From Pyrinomonadaceae bacterium (GTDB taxonomy: Bacteria; Acidobacteriota; Blastocatellia; Pyrinomonadales; Pyrinomonadaceae): DNA of 49,749 nt. This document shows, one piece after another, positions 24,182 through 34,216 of the stretch. The stretch spans positions 1-49,749 of the forward strand of contig DASYPX010000286.1 in the NCBI GenBank assembly GCA_036006125.1, in the 5' to 3' direction. Below the pieces are notes generated by a model. The model was not told where the DNA came from. It saw only the letters and a list, made by a program, of their open reading frames with translations, and searched no databases. How positions within the stretch are numbered: the stretch's first letter is position 1; the number at the start of each line of letters is the position of its first letter. The translations under genes and the position numbers were made by a program.

Positions 24182-24628
24182 ATGAACGAACTCTTTCGCA
24201 AATTTGCACATAAAACTTCGCAGATCGTCGGCACCTCGTGGGTGTTCATTCTCGCGGTGTTGATAATTGCGGTGTGGGGCATTACCGGCCCAATGTTTCA
24301 TTACTCGGATACGTGGCAACTCGTTATCAATACCAGCACAACGATCATTACGTTTCTGATGGTGTTTCTGATTCAAAACACGCAGAACCGTGACGCGAAG
24401 GCAATTCATTTGAAGCTCGATGAATTAATCAAAGGGGTCAAGGGAGCGCGCACAGGCATGGTCAACCTCGAGGAGCTTTCCGACAAAGAGCTTGAGCGGC
24501 TGCAAAAAGAATTCTCGAAACTGCAAAAGAAAGAGAACCACACGCTGCCACGCGGTAGCGGAGCATTGGGCGAGCGGAAAGTCGAAGCTGCGCGGGATGC
24601 GAAGAAATTCGAGGAGAGCGAGGACTAA
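24182..24628 (+). CDS. low-affinity iron permease-like membrane protein
   Basis: FAHKTSQIVGTSWVFILAVLIIAVWGITGP...TTIITFLMVFLIQNTQNRDAKAIHLKLDELI matches my recollection of this family. Confidence 0.75.
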   Translation: MNELFRKFAHKTSQIVGTSWVFILAVLIIAVWGITGPMFHYSDTWQLVINTSTTIITFLMVFLIQNTQNRDAKAIHLKLDELIKGVKGARTGMVNLEELSDKELERLQKEFSKLQKKENHTLPRGSGALGERKVEAARDAKKFEESED

Positions 24629-24755
24629 AGTTTGACCAGGAGCGCAACTTCATCGCGGGATGGAAAGAAGTTGTTGGTCAATTAATCCGGGTTGCGTCGT
24701 GATTCATGACGGGCCAGGCGCGTACGATCTTCAGAACGAACAAGGGAGATTCGAA

Positions 24756-25132
24756 ATGAAGAACTTATTTTCAAAAACAAAAGCAATTATTGCGCTCGGC
24801 ATTATCGTTATGTTCATGACGGCCACCGCGTTGGCGCGTGCCGGCAAACAGGATTTTGTGTTGCACAACGAAACAGGTGTCGAGATCCACGAGGTTTATG
24901 TTTCACCCGTTACCGCCGGTGATTGGGAAGAAGACGTGCTCGGCAAAGAGACTCTGCCGAACGGCGAGGCCGTTAAGATTACCTTCGACGATCGCGACAA
25001 ACACTCTCATTGGGACTTGAAAGTGACGGACGGTAAGGGAACAGCATCGAGTGGCACGACCTCAACCTCAGCGAGATTTCCGAAGTCACGCTACATTACA
25101 AAGACGGGAAAGCTTGGGCGGACGTGAAGTAA
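24756..25132 (+). pseudogene. small secreted protein gene interrupted by a 1-nt frameshift (or assembly error)
   Basis: RBS AAGGGAGA, ATG at 24756, signal peptide MKNLFSKTKAIIALGIIVMFMTATALA. After ...WDLKVTDGKG the listed frame turns into low-complexity sequence. The frame whose codons start at 25037 reads GNSIEWHDLNLSEISEVTLHYKDGKAWADVK* (stop 25130-25132). The switch lies at the GGG run 25037-25039. Confidence 0.7.
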
Positions 25133-25161
25133 CGATTGATCGAGGATCGTTTTCCCGACAG

Positions 25162-25194
25162 TCAGCGGGCGCGCCAGCGCTCGCTGATTTTTTG
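25162..25194 (+). terminator. rho-independent terminator
   Basis: 11-bp stem TCAGCGGGCGC / GCGCTCGCTGA (one G-T pair), GCCA loop, followed by TTTTTTG. Lies 30 nt after the stop of the small gene. Confidence 0.75.
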
Positions 25195-25271
25195 TGTCAT
25201 TTACACCGTTGGAACGCTTGCTGAATTCTGCGGCTGAGGTAGAATACGCGCGCTTTCAGCATCGAATACTT

Positions 25272-25350
25272 GGGGCAGTAGCCCGACCGTAAGGGCGGGC
25301 GTTCTCAAGCTTGGAATCAACGCCCTCCCTTACGGTCGGGCTACTGCCCC
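25272..25350. repeat. REPIN: near-perfect 79-bp palindrome built from two inverted GTAG-type REPs
   Basis: GGGGCAGTAGCCCGACCGTAAGGGCGGGCGTT (25272-25303) versus the reverse complement of 25319-25350 shows one mismatch in 32 bp. The loop is 15 nt. Confidence 0.9.
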
Positions 25351-25373
25351 CTTTCCTGCGAAAGGATCAAATC

Positions 25374-27584
25374 ATGCGCGCTCGCGTCATTCTTCTCTCC
25401 ATCGCCGTCTTACTGTTTGCTCAACCCCTGTTCGCCCAAAAGCGAAACATCACGGAACGAGACTTATTCAACTTCAATTGGATTGCCGATCCGCAAGTCG
25501 CCCCCGATGGTTCACGCATCGCGTTCGTCAAAGTCACGGTTAACGACCGCAAAGACGGATACAACACTTCAATTTGGATCGTTTCAACGGCGGACGGCGC
25601 AACCAAACAATTGACCAGCGGCATACGCGACTCGACGCCGCGCTGGTCTCCGGACGGGAAATACATTTGCTTCGTCCGCTCGCCTGAGAGAGATGGCCGT
25701 CCTGAACCACCGCAACTCTTCATGCTTTCGATGGACGGAGGCGAGGCGTGGCAATTCACGACGGTGCCGCGCGGCGCGGGCAATCCGCAGTGGTCGCCTG
25801 ACGGCACAACGATTTCATTTGCGAATGGTGCAACCGCGGCGGAACTGTCGAGACAACAAAGAGAAACGATGCCCGTGCCGGCGCCCGCACCCTCGGTGCA
25901 GCCGGCAGCCTCTCCGACGCCTGCGGCTTCGCCACGGTCATCGCCTGAGCATGAAAGCGATGTGCGGGTGATCACGCGTGCTGTCTATCGCAACAACGAC
26001 GCCGGCTACCTGGATTTCAACCACCCGTCGCATATCTGGATTGTCAAAGCGCCGCGCACCGGCGAAGACAAAGTCACGCCGACACAGCTGACGAAAACAA
26101 AGTGGAGCGACGGCAACATCACGTGGGCGCGCGACAGCAAATCCATCTACTTCGTTTCCGACCATCGCGACGAGGCTTACTACGATTTGCCGAAGACCGA
26201 CGTCTACAACGTTCCCGTCACTGGCGGACAGGCTTCGCGGATCACGACGTTCGACATGGGCGCTGCCGCTTTTTCGTTGAGCCCGGATGGCAAACGCGTA
26301 GCGTTTTACGGATCCGTCAATCGGCCCGTGCGCTCTTACACCGAACCCGACCTGTGGGTACTCGAATTGTCGGGTGAAGCACAACCGCGGAATCTGACTG
26401 AAGGCTTTGACTGGGATGTCGGTTCAGGCGTCGGCGGCGACAACACCGCGCCGCGTGGAGGTGGCGGCACCCCACCGATTTGGAGCAAGGACGGTAAACA
26501 GATTTACGCGGTCTATGGTCGTGAAGGCCGAGCGAACATCGGCATGTTCGATGCGACCAACGGCAAAGAAACCGACGTTACCACAGGTGATCAGGCCGTC
26601 GTCGCGTATCGTGCAACTCCGGATGCTTCGAAGTTCGCGGTGCTAATCTCTACGCCGACACGTATCGGTGATCTTTTCTGGCTCGAGAAGCCAGGCGCGA
26701 CCCCGAAACAACTCACCCACATCAACGACGATCTGTTTTCGAAACTGAATCTCACGGAACCGGAATCAATCTGGTACACGAGCTTTGATGGTAAGAAGGT
26801 CCAGACTTGGGTGCAGAAGCCACCGAATTTCGATGCTAACAAGAAGTACCCTCTCATACTTAACATTCACGGCGGACCGCATGCGGCGTACGGCTGGATC
26901 TTTGATCACGAGTTTCAGTGGATGGCCGCGAAGGGTTACGTAGTCGTTTATCCGAATCCGCGCGGCAGCACGACTTACGGACAGGATTTCGGCAACATCA
27001 TCCAGTACCACTACCCCGGCGATGACTACAAAGATTTGATGGGCGCGGTCGATGAAGTGATCAAGCGTGGATACATCGATGAAAAGAAACTCGGCGTCAC
27101 GGGCGGCAGCGGCGGTGGCCTTTTAACGAATTGGACGGTGGGACAAACGACTCGGTTCGCGGCCGCCGTCGCGCAACGCGACATCGCGAGCTGGGCCGAC
27201 TGGTGGTACACGGCGGACTTCACTTTATTTCAGCAGTCATGGTTCCGCGGCGCGCCTTTCGAACAAGAAGAAGATTTCAAAGCGCGTTCACCGATCACTT
27301 ACATCAAGAACGTGACGACGCCGATGATGTTCATTCTCGGCGAAGCCGACTGGCGCACGCCGACTTATGCCGGCGGCGAAGAGATGTTTCGCGCGCTCAA
27401 GTATCGAAAAATCCCAACGGTGATGGTGCGCTTCCCGAACGAGACGCACGAGCTTTCACGTTCCGGCCAGCCTTGGCATCGCATCGAGCGCTTGCAGCAC
27501 ATTGTCGGCTGGTTCGATCACTGGTTGATGGGCGTGCCGAAACCAGAATACGAAGTTACGCCGAAGCCAACGGGGGGGCAATGA
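25374..27584 (+). CDS. secreted S9-family serine peptidase (TolB-like propeller plus prolyl-oligopeptidase-type catalytic domain)
   Basis: Signal peptide MRARVILLSIAVLLFAQPLFAQ, SPDG propeller blades, nucleophile elbow GVTGGSGGG, and C-terminal NETHELS. The ORF-track start at 25311 reads through the REPIN. Confidence 0.9.
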   Translation: MRARVILLSIAVLLFAQPLFAQKRNITERDLFNFNWIADPQVAPDGSRIAFVKVTVNDRKDGYNTSIWIVSTADGATKQLTSGIRDSTPRWSPDGKYICFVRSPERDGRPEPPQLFMLSMDGGEAWQFTTVPRGAGNPQWSPDGTTISFANGATAAELSRQQRETMPVPAPAPSVQPAASPTPAASPRSSPEHESDVRVITRAVYRNNDAGYLDFNHPSHIWIVKAPRTGEDKVTPTQLTKTKWSDGNITWARDSKSIYFVSDHRDEAYYDLPKTDVYNVPVTGGQASRITTFDMGAAAFSLSPDGKRVAFYGSVNRPVRSYTEPDLWVLELSGEAQPRNLTEGFDWDVGSGVGGDNTAPRGGGGTPPIWSKDGKQIYAVYGREGRANIGMFDATNGKETDVTTGDQAVVAYRATPDASKFAVLISTPTRIGDLFWLEKPGATPKQLTHINDDLFSKLNLTEPESIWYTSFDGKKVQTWVQKPPNFDANKKYPLILNIHGGPHAAYGWIFDHEFQWMAAKGYVVVYPNPRGSTTYGQDFGNIIQYHYPGDDYKDLMGAVDEVIKRGYIDEKKLGVTGGSGGGLLTNWTVGQTTRFAAAVAQRDIASWADWWYTADFTLFQQSWFRGAPFEQEEDFKARSPITYIKNVTTPMMFILGEADWRTPTYAGGEEMFRALKYRKIPTVMVRFPNETHELSRSGQPWHRIERLQHIVGWFDHWLMGVPKPEYEVTPKPTGGQ

Positions 27585-28009
27585 AGAAAGTCGCGTCGCT
27601 GCTCTTCTCTTCAATTTTGCTAATGTCGGCTGCGGGCGCCGGACGAACACGTGCGGCCGACGCAACGATCGACGCCTTCTGGGGCAAATTCAAAGCGGCA
27701 GTAACTAAAGGCGACAAGCAAGCGGTTTTTGCGATGACTCAGCTTCCGGTTGGCATGAGTTACGGCGAGTCGCGCATTCGCACGCGCGCGCAATTCATGA
27801 AGCAATACGCCCACATCTTCGCCGGAGAGGTGAATGCAGTGAAGTGTTTTGAAACGGCTAAGCCGCAGGTCGACAATGCGAAGCCGAAAGAGTTCGCCAT
27901 TACGTGTCCCTTTGCCAAAGACAGCGGCGGCGACGAACCGTTTGTCTACACGTTCAAGCTAACGCGCAGTGGCTGGCGGTTCGTCAGTTTCGAGAACATA
28001 AACGAGTAG
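27581..28009 (+). CDS. hypothetical secreted protein
   Basis: ATG at 27581 overlaps the S9 stop codon (ATGA). Signal peptide MKKVASLLFSSILLMSAAGAG. The upstream part of listed ORF 27131-28009 lies out of frame inside the S9 gene. Confidence 0.6.
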   Translation: MKKVASLLFSSILLMSAAGAGRTRAADATIDAFWGKFKAAVTKGDKQAVFAMTQLPVGMSYGESRIRTRAQFMKQYAHIFAGEVNAVKCFETAKPQVDNAKPKEFAITCPFAKDSGGDEPFVYTFKLTRSGWRFVSFENINE

Positions 28010-28030
28010 TTACAGAATCCTGATTCGTCG

Positions 28031-28098
28031 GGATAGCGAGCGGATCAAAGGTTTTAACTTGAGTACTTATCCCGCTCACTCTATCGTTCGCGGTTCTG
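28031..28098. repeat. copy 2 of the GATCCGCTCACT(CT)ATCGTTCGCGGTTCTG repeat, with an inverted partial partner
   Basis: 28072-28098 matches 22984-23008 apart from a CT insertion. GGGATAGCGAGCGGATC (28031-28047) is the inverted 5' part of the same motif. Confidence 0.8.
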
Positions 28099-28132
28099 TA
28101 ACGCGCAGTTGTAACGAAAAGGAGAGCGCCGA

Positions 28133-28861
28133 ATGTCTCGCATGTTCAGACGATTGGCCCTCGTTATTATTTCCATTCTGTGCTTCGCCACCGTCGCGTT
28201 CGCCCAACCGGCCGGCGGCAGAACTGACAATCCAAAACCAAAGCCAACCAGCAAGGCCCCGGCGAAGAGCGGCGGGACATCAGCAAAACCTCCAAGGCCG
28301 CCCGCAAGTTCATCGCGGACCAGCAGCCAGGCGAATGCTGCGCCCGCATCAATCGACGGCAAGTGGTGGACGAGTGGAAACGATTTCGGCGCATCGGAAG
28401 TAATCTTCACGCAAAACGGTTCACGCGTTTCCGGCGAGATCCATTACTCAGACGGAGGTACAGGGACCGTCACCGGAACAGTTGTCGGCAAGCGGATGCA
28501 ATTCACATTTTCCGACTCGAGCGGCCGCAGCGGTTCAGGATGGCTCGAACAAAGCTGGAATCTTTTTCTTGGCGGCCCATGGCACAACTCACAGGTGCGC
28601 GATGGTTCGTGGACATTGACGCGCGTCGAAGGAAAATGGTGTTTCGGCGGAAACCGCAGCCGCGTTCGCACCGTAACACATAACGCACAGGGTGAATTCA
28701 GGACGATCGACGAATATAACGAGCCGGGCGGCGGACATCTTGAGGGACCTTACATATTCCTCGAAGACGGGGATGAAAAGCTCAAAGGAGACTTTGATTT
28801 CCGCGCGAATCGAGTCAACTGGGCGAGCGGATTCTTTTGGACTTGGTGCGGCCGGAACTAA
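28133..28861 (+). CDS. hypothetical secreted protein with Pro/Ser/Lys-rich linker
   Basis: AAGGAG RBS, signal peptide MSRMFRRLALVIISILCFATVAFAQ, low-complexity linker, Gly/Trp-rich C-terminal domain. No recognisable family. Confidence 0.65.
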   Translation: MSRMFRRLALVIISILCFATVAFAQPAGGRTDNPKPKPTSKAPAKSGGTSAKPPRPPASSSRTSSQANAAPASIDGKWWTSGNDFGASEVIFTQNGSRVSGEIHYSDGGTGTVTGTVVGKRMQFTFSDSSGRSGSGWLEQSWNLFLGGPWHNSQVRDGSWTLTRVEGKWCFGGNRSRVRTVTHNAQGEFRTIDEYNEPGGGHLEGPYIFLEDGDEKLKGDFDFRANRVNWASGFFWTWCGRN

Positions 28862-28889
28862 ACTCAACACTCTCACTTGAAAATCAATC

Positions 28890-31800
28890 ATGAAAGTTAA
28901 TTCGCTTTCCGCAATTAAGTGCGTTTTGTTTACGCTCGTCGTTTCGACGATCGCATTCGCTCAACAATACGATCCGCAATCATTCTCAGCGATGAAATGG
29001 CGGCTAATCGGCCCGCATCGCGCCGGACGCGTTACCGCCGTGGCAGGCATTCCCGGAAATGCAGCCATTTACTATTTCGGAACGCCCGGCGGTGGACTTT
29101 GGAAGACCGTTGATGGAGGCCGCGTGTGGAAACCGATCTTCGACGATGTTCACGTTGCGTCGATCGGGGCGGTAGCTATTTCGCCATCGAATCCAAATAT
29201 CGTTTACGTCGGCACCGGCGATCAATTGGAAGGCGACGGCGTCTACAAAACCACCGACGCCGGCGTCACCTGGAAGAATGTCGGTCTGCGAGATGTTCAC
29301 CACATCTCTTCGCTCGTTGTTGATCCGCGCGATCCGAATATCGTGCTGGCGGGCACCTACGACTTTGTTTCTGCTGGAGAACAGCGCGGGGTGTTCAAAA
29401 CGATTGACGGAGGCCGCAACTGGAAACGCATGCTGTTCAAGGATCCGTCAACTGGAATTGCTGATATGTCCGCGGCTCCGGACGACGCACAAATTGTTTA
29501 CGCCGCGAGTTATTCACCTCAATTCGATCCAAGCACGCGCCGCACAACACGCAGCGAAGCGCACGTTTGGCGGTCCATGGATAAAGGCAGCACCTGGCAA
29601 CAAGTCGCTGAATCAGGTCTGCCGAACAATCCGCGTGGGCGCATCGGCATCGCCGCCGCCCCGGGAACTCGCGGCCGGCGCGTGTACGCGATCATGACCC
29701 AGGGTTTCTATCGTTCGGACGACGGTGGCGCCACCTGGAGTAAAGCGACGCAGGACCCGCGCGTTTTAGGTAGTGGATACTTCAGTCGAACCTACGTCGA
29801 TCCTCACAATCCCGACATAGTTTATGTAATGCAGACGGCCACATACCGGTCGGCTGATGGGGGTAAAACTTTTGCTGCGTGGAAAGGCGAACCTAGTGGC
29901 GAAGACGACCACGTGCTGTGGATCGACCCGTCAAACTCACAACACATCTTCATGGGCACTGACCAGGGCGCCGTGATCACGCTGAATGGCGGCGATACGT
30001 GGACAGAGTGGTTCAATCAGCCAACGGGCGAGATGTATCACGTCACCAGCGACAATCAATATCCTTACCGGCTGTACGCGGCGCAGCAGGACAGCGGCTC
30101 AGTCGCCGTGCTCTCACGCAGCGACTTCGGGATGATCACGTATCGCGATTGGTTCTCGACTGGCGCGTTCGAAAGCGGTCACATCGCGCCGGATCCGTCG
30201 GACGCGAACATAGTTTATTCAATAGGTTGGTACGGTACCGTGCTACGGCTCGATCGGACCACCGGACAACTCGCGACTGTGTTTACGCCATCCGCGCAGC
30301 ATCGGTACACGTGGGAGACCCCACTCGCGTTTTCGCCGCGCGACTCCAGGACGCTCTACGTAGGCATGCAATCGATGCTGAAGACAACTGATGGCGCGAA
30401 GACGTGGAAAGAAATCAGCCCTGATTTGACTGAGAAGACTCCCACTGAAAACGCTTCGGGAGTGATCACCACCTTTGCGCTTTCGGCGGCTGATTCCGGC
30501 GAGATTTGGGTTGGCACCAGCACTGGTCTCCTGCAAATGACACGAAACGACGGCAAGGGCTGGACAGATGTCACGCCGGCGGAAATGCCAAAAAACAGCA
30601 ACATCATTTCGATCGAAGCGTCGGCTACAGCCGCTGACGTCGCGTATGTGATTTCGGCGGCCCAGAACGATAACCATCCTTATATCTTCCGCACGCACGA
30701 TGGCGGCAAGAGCTGGCAAAAGATCGTTAATGGATTACCCGACAACGCCATCGCGCGTGTGGTTCGCGAAGACAAGACACGAAAGGGTTTGCTCTACGGC
30801 GGTACAGAGCACGGAGCATATGTATCCTTCAATGGCGGCGACAGCTGGGAATCACTGCAACTTAATCTGCCCACTGTTTCTGTTCGCGATCTTTACGTTC
30901 ACGGCGATGATCTAATCGCCGCGACTTACGGGCGCGCGCTCTGGATTTTGGACGACATCTCGCCGCTGCGACAGATCGATTCCGTCGCGAGCGCGATTCT
31001 GCTCAAGCCGGCCACCGCCACGCGCACGCGTTGGGACAATCATCCGGACACGCCGCTGCCGCCTGCCACGGCCCACGGAGAAAATCCGCCCGATGGCGCA
31101 ATCATTTACTACTACCTCGATTCGGTACCGAGAGACATATCACTTGAGATTCGTGACGCGAAGGGCAATGTCGTGCGCCGTTTCACTGACAAGGCATCCC
31201 CGCGCGACCCGCGTCCGAAGAACGTTCCGGAATGGTGGTTTGAGCCACCCGACGCGCTGCCCACCAATCACGGGCTGAATCGTTTCGTTTGGAACTTGCA
31301 ATGGCCGCATCCCGACGCGTTGGCGTTCAGTTTTCGTGGCGCGCCTTTGAACTACATCGAGTACACCCTGCCCGATCATGCAGTTTTCGGAAATACACCG
31401 ATCAATCAACCACCAGGACCATTCGTCGTGCCCGGGCAATACGAGGTCGTGCTCACTGTCGATGGAAAAACTTATCGACAGCCCCTGACCGTGACGCTCG
31501 ACCCTCGCGTTCATGTTTCGCAAAACGATCTTGAAGCGCAGACCGATCTGGCGCGTCAAATGGATGAGTGGATGAATATTAGTTTCCAGTCGTACAACGA
31601 CATCGCGAAGGTGCGCGCGCGATTAAATGAGCTGAAGACTTCACCGACCAGGACTGTCAGCGATGCCGCGACCGCGTTCGACAACGATCTGGAAAAATTG
31701 CAGAACGGAACGACGGCCGCCCCGGGGTTTGGCACGATCAATCGCGATCTCAGTCGCTATGTAACGATGGTGCAAAGCGGCGATATGAGGCCGGCGAGTT

Positions 31801-31970
31801 CCGTCGTGCAAATCGCGCTCCCGCCATGTAAGGCCCTCGCCGATGATCTGCAGCGATGGCGTCGGATTAACGAAGACAAGATACCGCAGCTTAATCAGGA
31901 ATTACTGAACAACAAGCTCCCAGCTCTGCCTGTCGTGGTTGTCCGCAAGCAACCGGTTTGCGCAAACTGA
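28890..31970 (+). CDS. secreted BNR/sortilin(VPS10)-like double beta-propeller protein
   Basis: Signal peptide, then repeated BNR/Asp-box-like motifs (TVDGGRVW, TTDAGVTW, TIDGGRNW, SMDKGSTW, SDDGGATW, SADGGKTF, THDGGKSW). Paralogue of 44499-47249. Confidence 0.8.
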   Translation: MKVNSLSAIKCVLFTLVVSTIAFAQQYDPQSFSAMKWRLIGPHRAGRVTAVAGIPGNAAIYYFGTPGGGLWKTVDGGRVWKPIFDDVHVASIGAVAISPSNPNIVYVGTGDQLEGDGVYKTTDAGVTWKNVGLRDVHHISSLVVDPRDPNIVLAGTYDFVSAGEQRGVFKTIDGGRNWKRMLFKDPSTGIADMSAAPDDAQIVYAASYSPQFDPSTRRTTRSEAHVWRSMDKGSTWQQVAESGLPNNPRGRIGIAAAPGTRGRRVYAIMTQGFYRSDDGGATWSKATQDPRVLGSGYFSRTYVDPHNPDIVYVMQTATYRSADGGKTFAAWKGEPSGEDDHVLWIDPSNSQHIFMGTDQGAVITLNGGDTWTEWFNQPTGEMYHVTSDNQYPYRLYAAQQDSGSVAVLSRSDFGMITYRDWFSTGAFESGHIAPDPSDANIVYSIGWYGTVLRLDRTTGQLATVFTPSAQHRYTWETPLAFSPRDSRTLYVGMQSMLKTTDGAKTWKEISPDLTEKTPTENASGVITTFALSAADSGEIWVGTSTGLLQMTRNDGKGWTDVTPAEMPKNSNIISIEASATAADVAYVISAAQNDNHPYIFRTHDGGKSWQKIVNGLPDNAIARVVREDKTRKGLLYGGTEHGAYVSFNGGDSWESLQLNLPTVSVRDLYVHGDDLIAATYGRALWILDDISPLRQIDSVASAILLKPATATRTRWDNHPDTPLPPATAHGENPPDGAIIYYYLDSVPRDISLEIRDAKGNVVRRFTDKASPRDPRPKNVPEWWFEPPDALPTNHGLNRFVWNLQWPHPDALAFSFRGAPLNYIEYTLPDHAVFGNTPINQPPGPFVVPGQYEVVLTVDGKTYRQPLTVTLDPRVHVSQNDLEAQTDLARQMDEWMNISFQSYNDIAKVRARLNELKTSPTRTVSDAATAFDNDLEKLQNGTTAAPGFGTINRDLSRYVTMVQSGDMRPASSVVQIALPPCKALADDLQRWRRINEDKIPQLNQELLNNKLPALPVVVVRKQPVCAN

Positions 31971-31985
31971 TCATCAGGAAACCAA

Positions 31986-34148
31986 ATGAAAAGAATCTTT
32001 GTGTCCGTATCGCTACTCCTTCTTGCAGTGTTAGCTCTGTCGCCATCGCCGGGAATCGGCGGCTTTACGTCCGGCGTTCGCGCACAACAAAAGCCCGCCG
32101 AAATCACCATCGATCCGAAAATCTTTGACGATTACGTCGGGCAATATGTCTTTCCAGAGAACCCTGACCTCGTGCTGTCGTTCCTTCGCGAAGGCAACGC
32201 CTATTACATCCAGGCGTCGGGCCAGGGCCGCATAGAAATCTACCCAGCCAGCAACTCAAAATTCTTTACGAAGATCATTGATGCCGATGCGACGTTCGTG
32301 CGCGACGCCGAAGGAAAGGTTACCGGCGTCACTTGGCGGCAGAACGACCGATCGGTGATAGCGAAAAAGACCAGCAACCAACCGCTCGTCGAAACAAATG
32401 TCGCGTTCGATCGCCGCGAAGAAATGATTCGCACGCGTGACGGCATCCGTCTGCATACGCTGATTTTCACACCAAAAGATCAGAAAGAATCCTTACCGAT
32501 CATCATCGAGCGAACGCCTTACGGAATATCTGATACAGATTCAGACGCGATTAATCGACGGTATCGGGACCTGGTGGTCGACGGTTACATCTTTGTGGCG
32601 CAGGACATTCGCGGACGGTATGGGTCGGAAGGCGAGTTCCTCATGACTCATCCGATGCATGATCCAAAAGACGCGAACGGCGCCGACGAAAGCACTGATA
32701 CCTATGACACGATCGATTGGCTGATTAAAAACATCAAGAAAAACAATGGGCGCGTAGGAATACTCGGAGTTTCGTACGATGGATGGCTGTCGGCGGTCGC
32801 GACGATCAATGCGCATCCTGCGCTGAAAGCTTCCTCGCCGCAGGCGCCGATGACGGACGCATGGTTGGGTGACGATTTCTTCCATAACGGCGCCTTTCGG
32901 CAAAGCTACGGTTATGAATACGTGAAGATGATGGAGACCTCGAAAGAGAACTCTGACGTTTCTTTCGACCAGGACGCCTATGATTGGTATCTTCAAAAAG
33001 GATCGCTCGGCAAGATTACCGAAATGAATGAAGGCAAGTTTCCCACTTGGAACGCCTTCGTTTCACATCCTAATTACGATGCGTACTGGGAAGCGAGGGG
33101 ATTCGGAAACAAACTTAAGGCCACGACCGTGGCCACGTTGGTCGTTGGTGGCTGGTGGGACCAGGAAGATTTCTACGGTGCGCTCGCGACATACGCCGCT
33201 CTCGAGAAGTACGACAAGAGCAATCACAATTTCGTCGTGCTCGGCCCCTGGAACCATGGCGGCTGGAACAGTACCGGGCGCAATCTTGGCGATGTGAATT
33301 TCGGTAGCGCCACCGGCGCATACTTTCGTTCGCAGGTGCAGGCGCCCTGGTTTGCCTATTACCTGAAAGGCAAAGGGAAGCTCAACCAACCTGAAGCACT
33401 GACATTTCAGAGTGGCAGCAATCAGTGGACGCGATCGGATCGATGGCCGCCGAAGGAAGCCGTCGCGCGCGATCTTTACCTTCACAGTGGCAAGACACTC
33501 TCGTTCGACAAGCCATCAACCGCTAACGGAGCGGCATCGGAATCTTATGTTTCCGATCCGGCGAACCCGGTTCCCTATCGCAGACGACCGATTCAACCAA
33601 CTTATGGCCGCGGCTCGAGTTGGTACACGTGGTTGGTTCAGAGTCAGAAGTTCCTCGAAGGCCGCAATGACGTATTGACCTGGCAGACCGCTGTGCTCGA
33701 TCGCGAATTGACGATCGATGGCGAAGTCATGGCGCATCTGTTTGCGTCAACGACGGGGAGCGACAGCGACTGGGTCGTCAAGTTGATCGACGTCTACCCG
33801 GACAATAACCCTGAAGACCCGAAGATGAACGGCTATCAACTGATGATCGTCGACGAAATCTTTCGCGGCCGATACCTGCGCAGCTTCGCGCGGCCGCAGC
33901 CGATTACGCCGAACCAGGTGAACGAATACGTCATTGATCTGCGTGCCAACAATCACACTTTCAAGAAAGGCCATCGGGTGATGGTGCAGGTGCAATCAAC
34001 CTGGTTCCCGCTGTATGATCGCAATCCGCAGAAATTCGTTGAGAATATTTTTATGGCGCGGCCTGAGGATTATCAGCCGGCAACGCAACGCGTCTATGAG
34101 TCAGCACGGTACCCTTCGCATGTTACTCTGCCGGTGATTAGGCAGTAG
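31986..34148 (+). CDS. secreted CocE/NonD-family (S15 X-Pro dipeptidyl-peptidase-like) hydrolase
   Basis: Signal peptide, ERTPYG, nucleophile motif GVSYDGW, and a C-terminal jelly-roll segment (GHRVMVQVQSTWFPLYDRNPQ). Confidence 0.85.
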   Translation: MKRIFVSVSLLLLAVLALSPSPGIGGFTSGVRAQQKPAEITIDPKIFDDYVGQYVFPENPDLVLSFLREGNAYYIQASGQGRIEIYPASNSKFFTKIIDADATFVRDAEGKVTGVTWRQNDRSVIAKKTSNQPLVETNVAFDRREEMIRTRDGIRLHTLIFTPKDQKESLPIIIERTPYGISDTDSDAINRRYRDLVVDGYIFVAQDIRGRYGSEGEFLMTHPMHDPKDANGADESTDTYDTIDWLIKNIKKNNGRVGILGVSYDGWLSAVATINAHPALKASSPQAPMTDAWLGDDFFHNGAFRQSYGYEYVKMMETSKENSDVSFDQDAYDWYLQKGSLGKITEMNEGKFPTWNAFVSHPNYDAYWEARGFGNKLKATTVATLVVGGWWDQEDFYGALATYAALEKYDKSNHNFVVLGPWNHGGWNSTGRNLGDVNFGSATGAYFRSQVQAPWFAYYLKGKGKLNQPEALTFQSGSNQWTRSDRWPPKEAVARDLYLHSGKTLSFDKPSTANGAASESYVSDPANPVPYRRRPIQPTYGRGSSWYTWLVQSQKFLEGRNDVLTWQTAVLDRELTIDGEVMAHLFASTTGSDSDWVVKLIDVYPDNNPEDPKMNGYQLMIVDEIFRGRYLRSFARPQPITPNQVNEYVIDLRANNHTFKKGHRVMVQVQSTWFPLYDRNPQKFVENIFMARPEDYQPATQRVYESARYPSHVTLPVIRQ

Positions 34149-34216
34149 GCAATTACGCAGCTTCCCCGGCAAGCGTGCCTAAAAAACATTTGTCGCCCCC
34201 CCAAATGGAGGTTGTC

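Noticed and set aside
27131-27580. N-terminal 150 codons of listed ORF 27131-28009, plus similar upstream extensions of ORFs at 13119, 18247, 19028, 24660, 25311, 34175, 36243 and 44439
   Set aside because: The extensions overlap upstream genes or repeat elements. Internal start codons preceded by RBS-like sequences and followed by signal peptides or canonical N-termini give better gene models.
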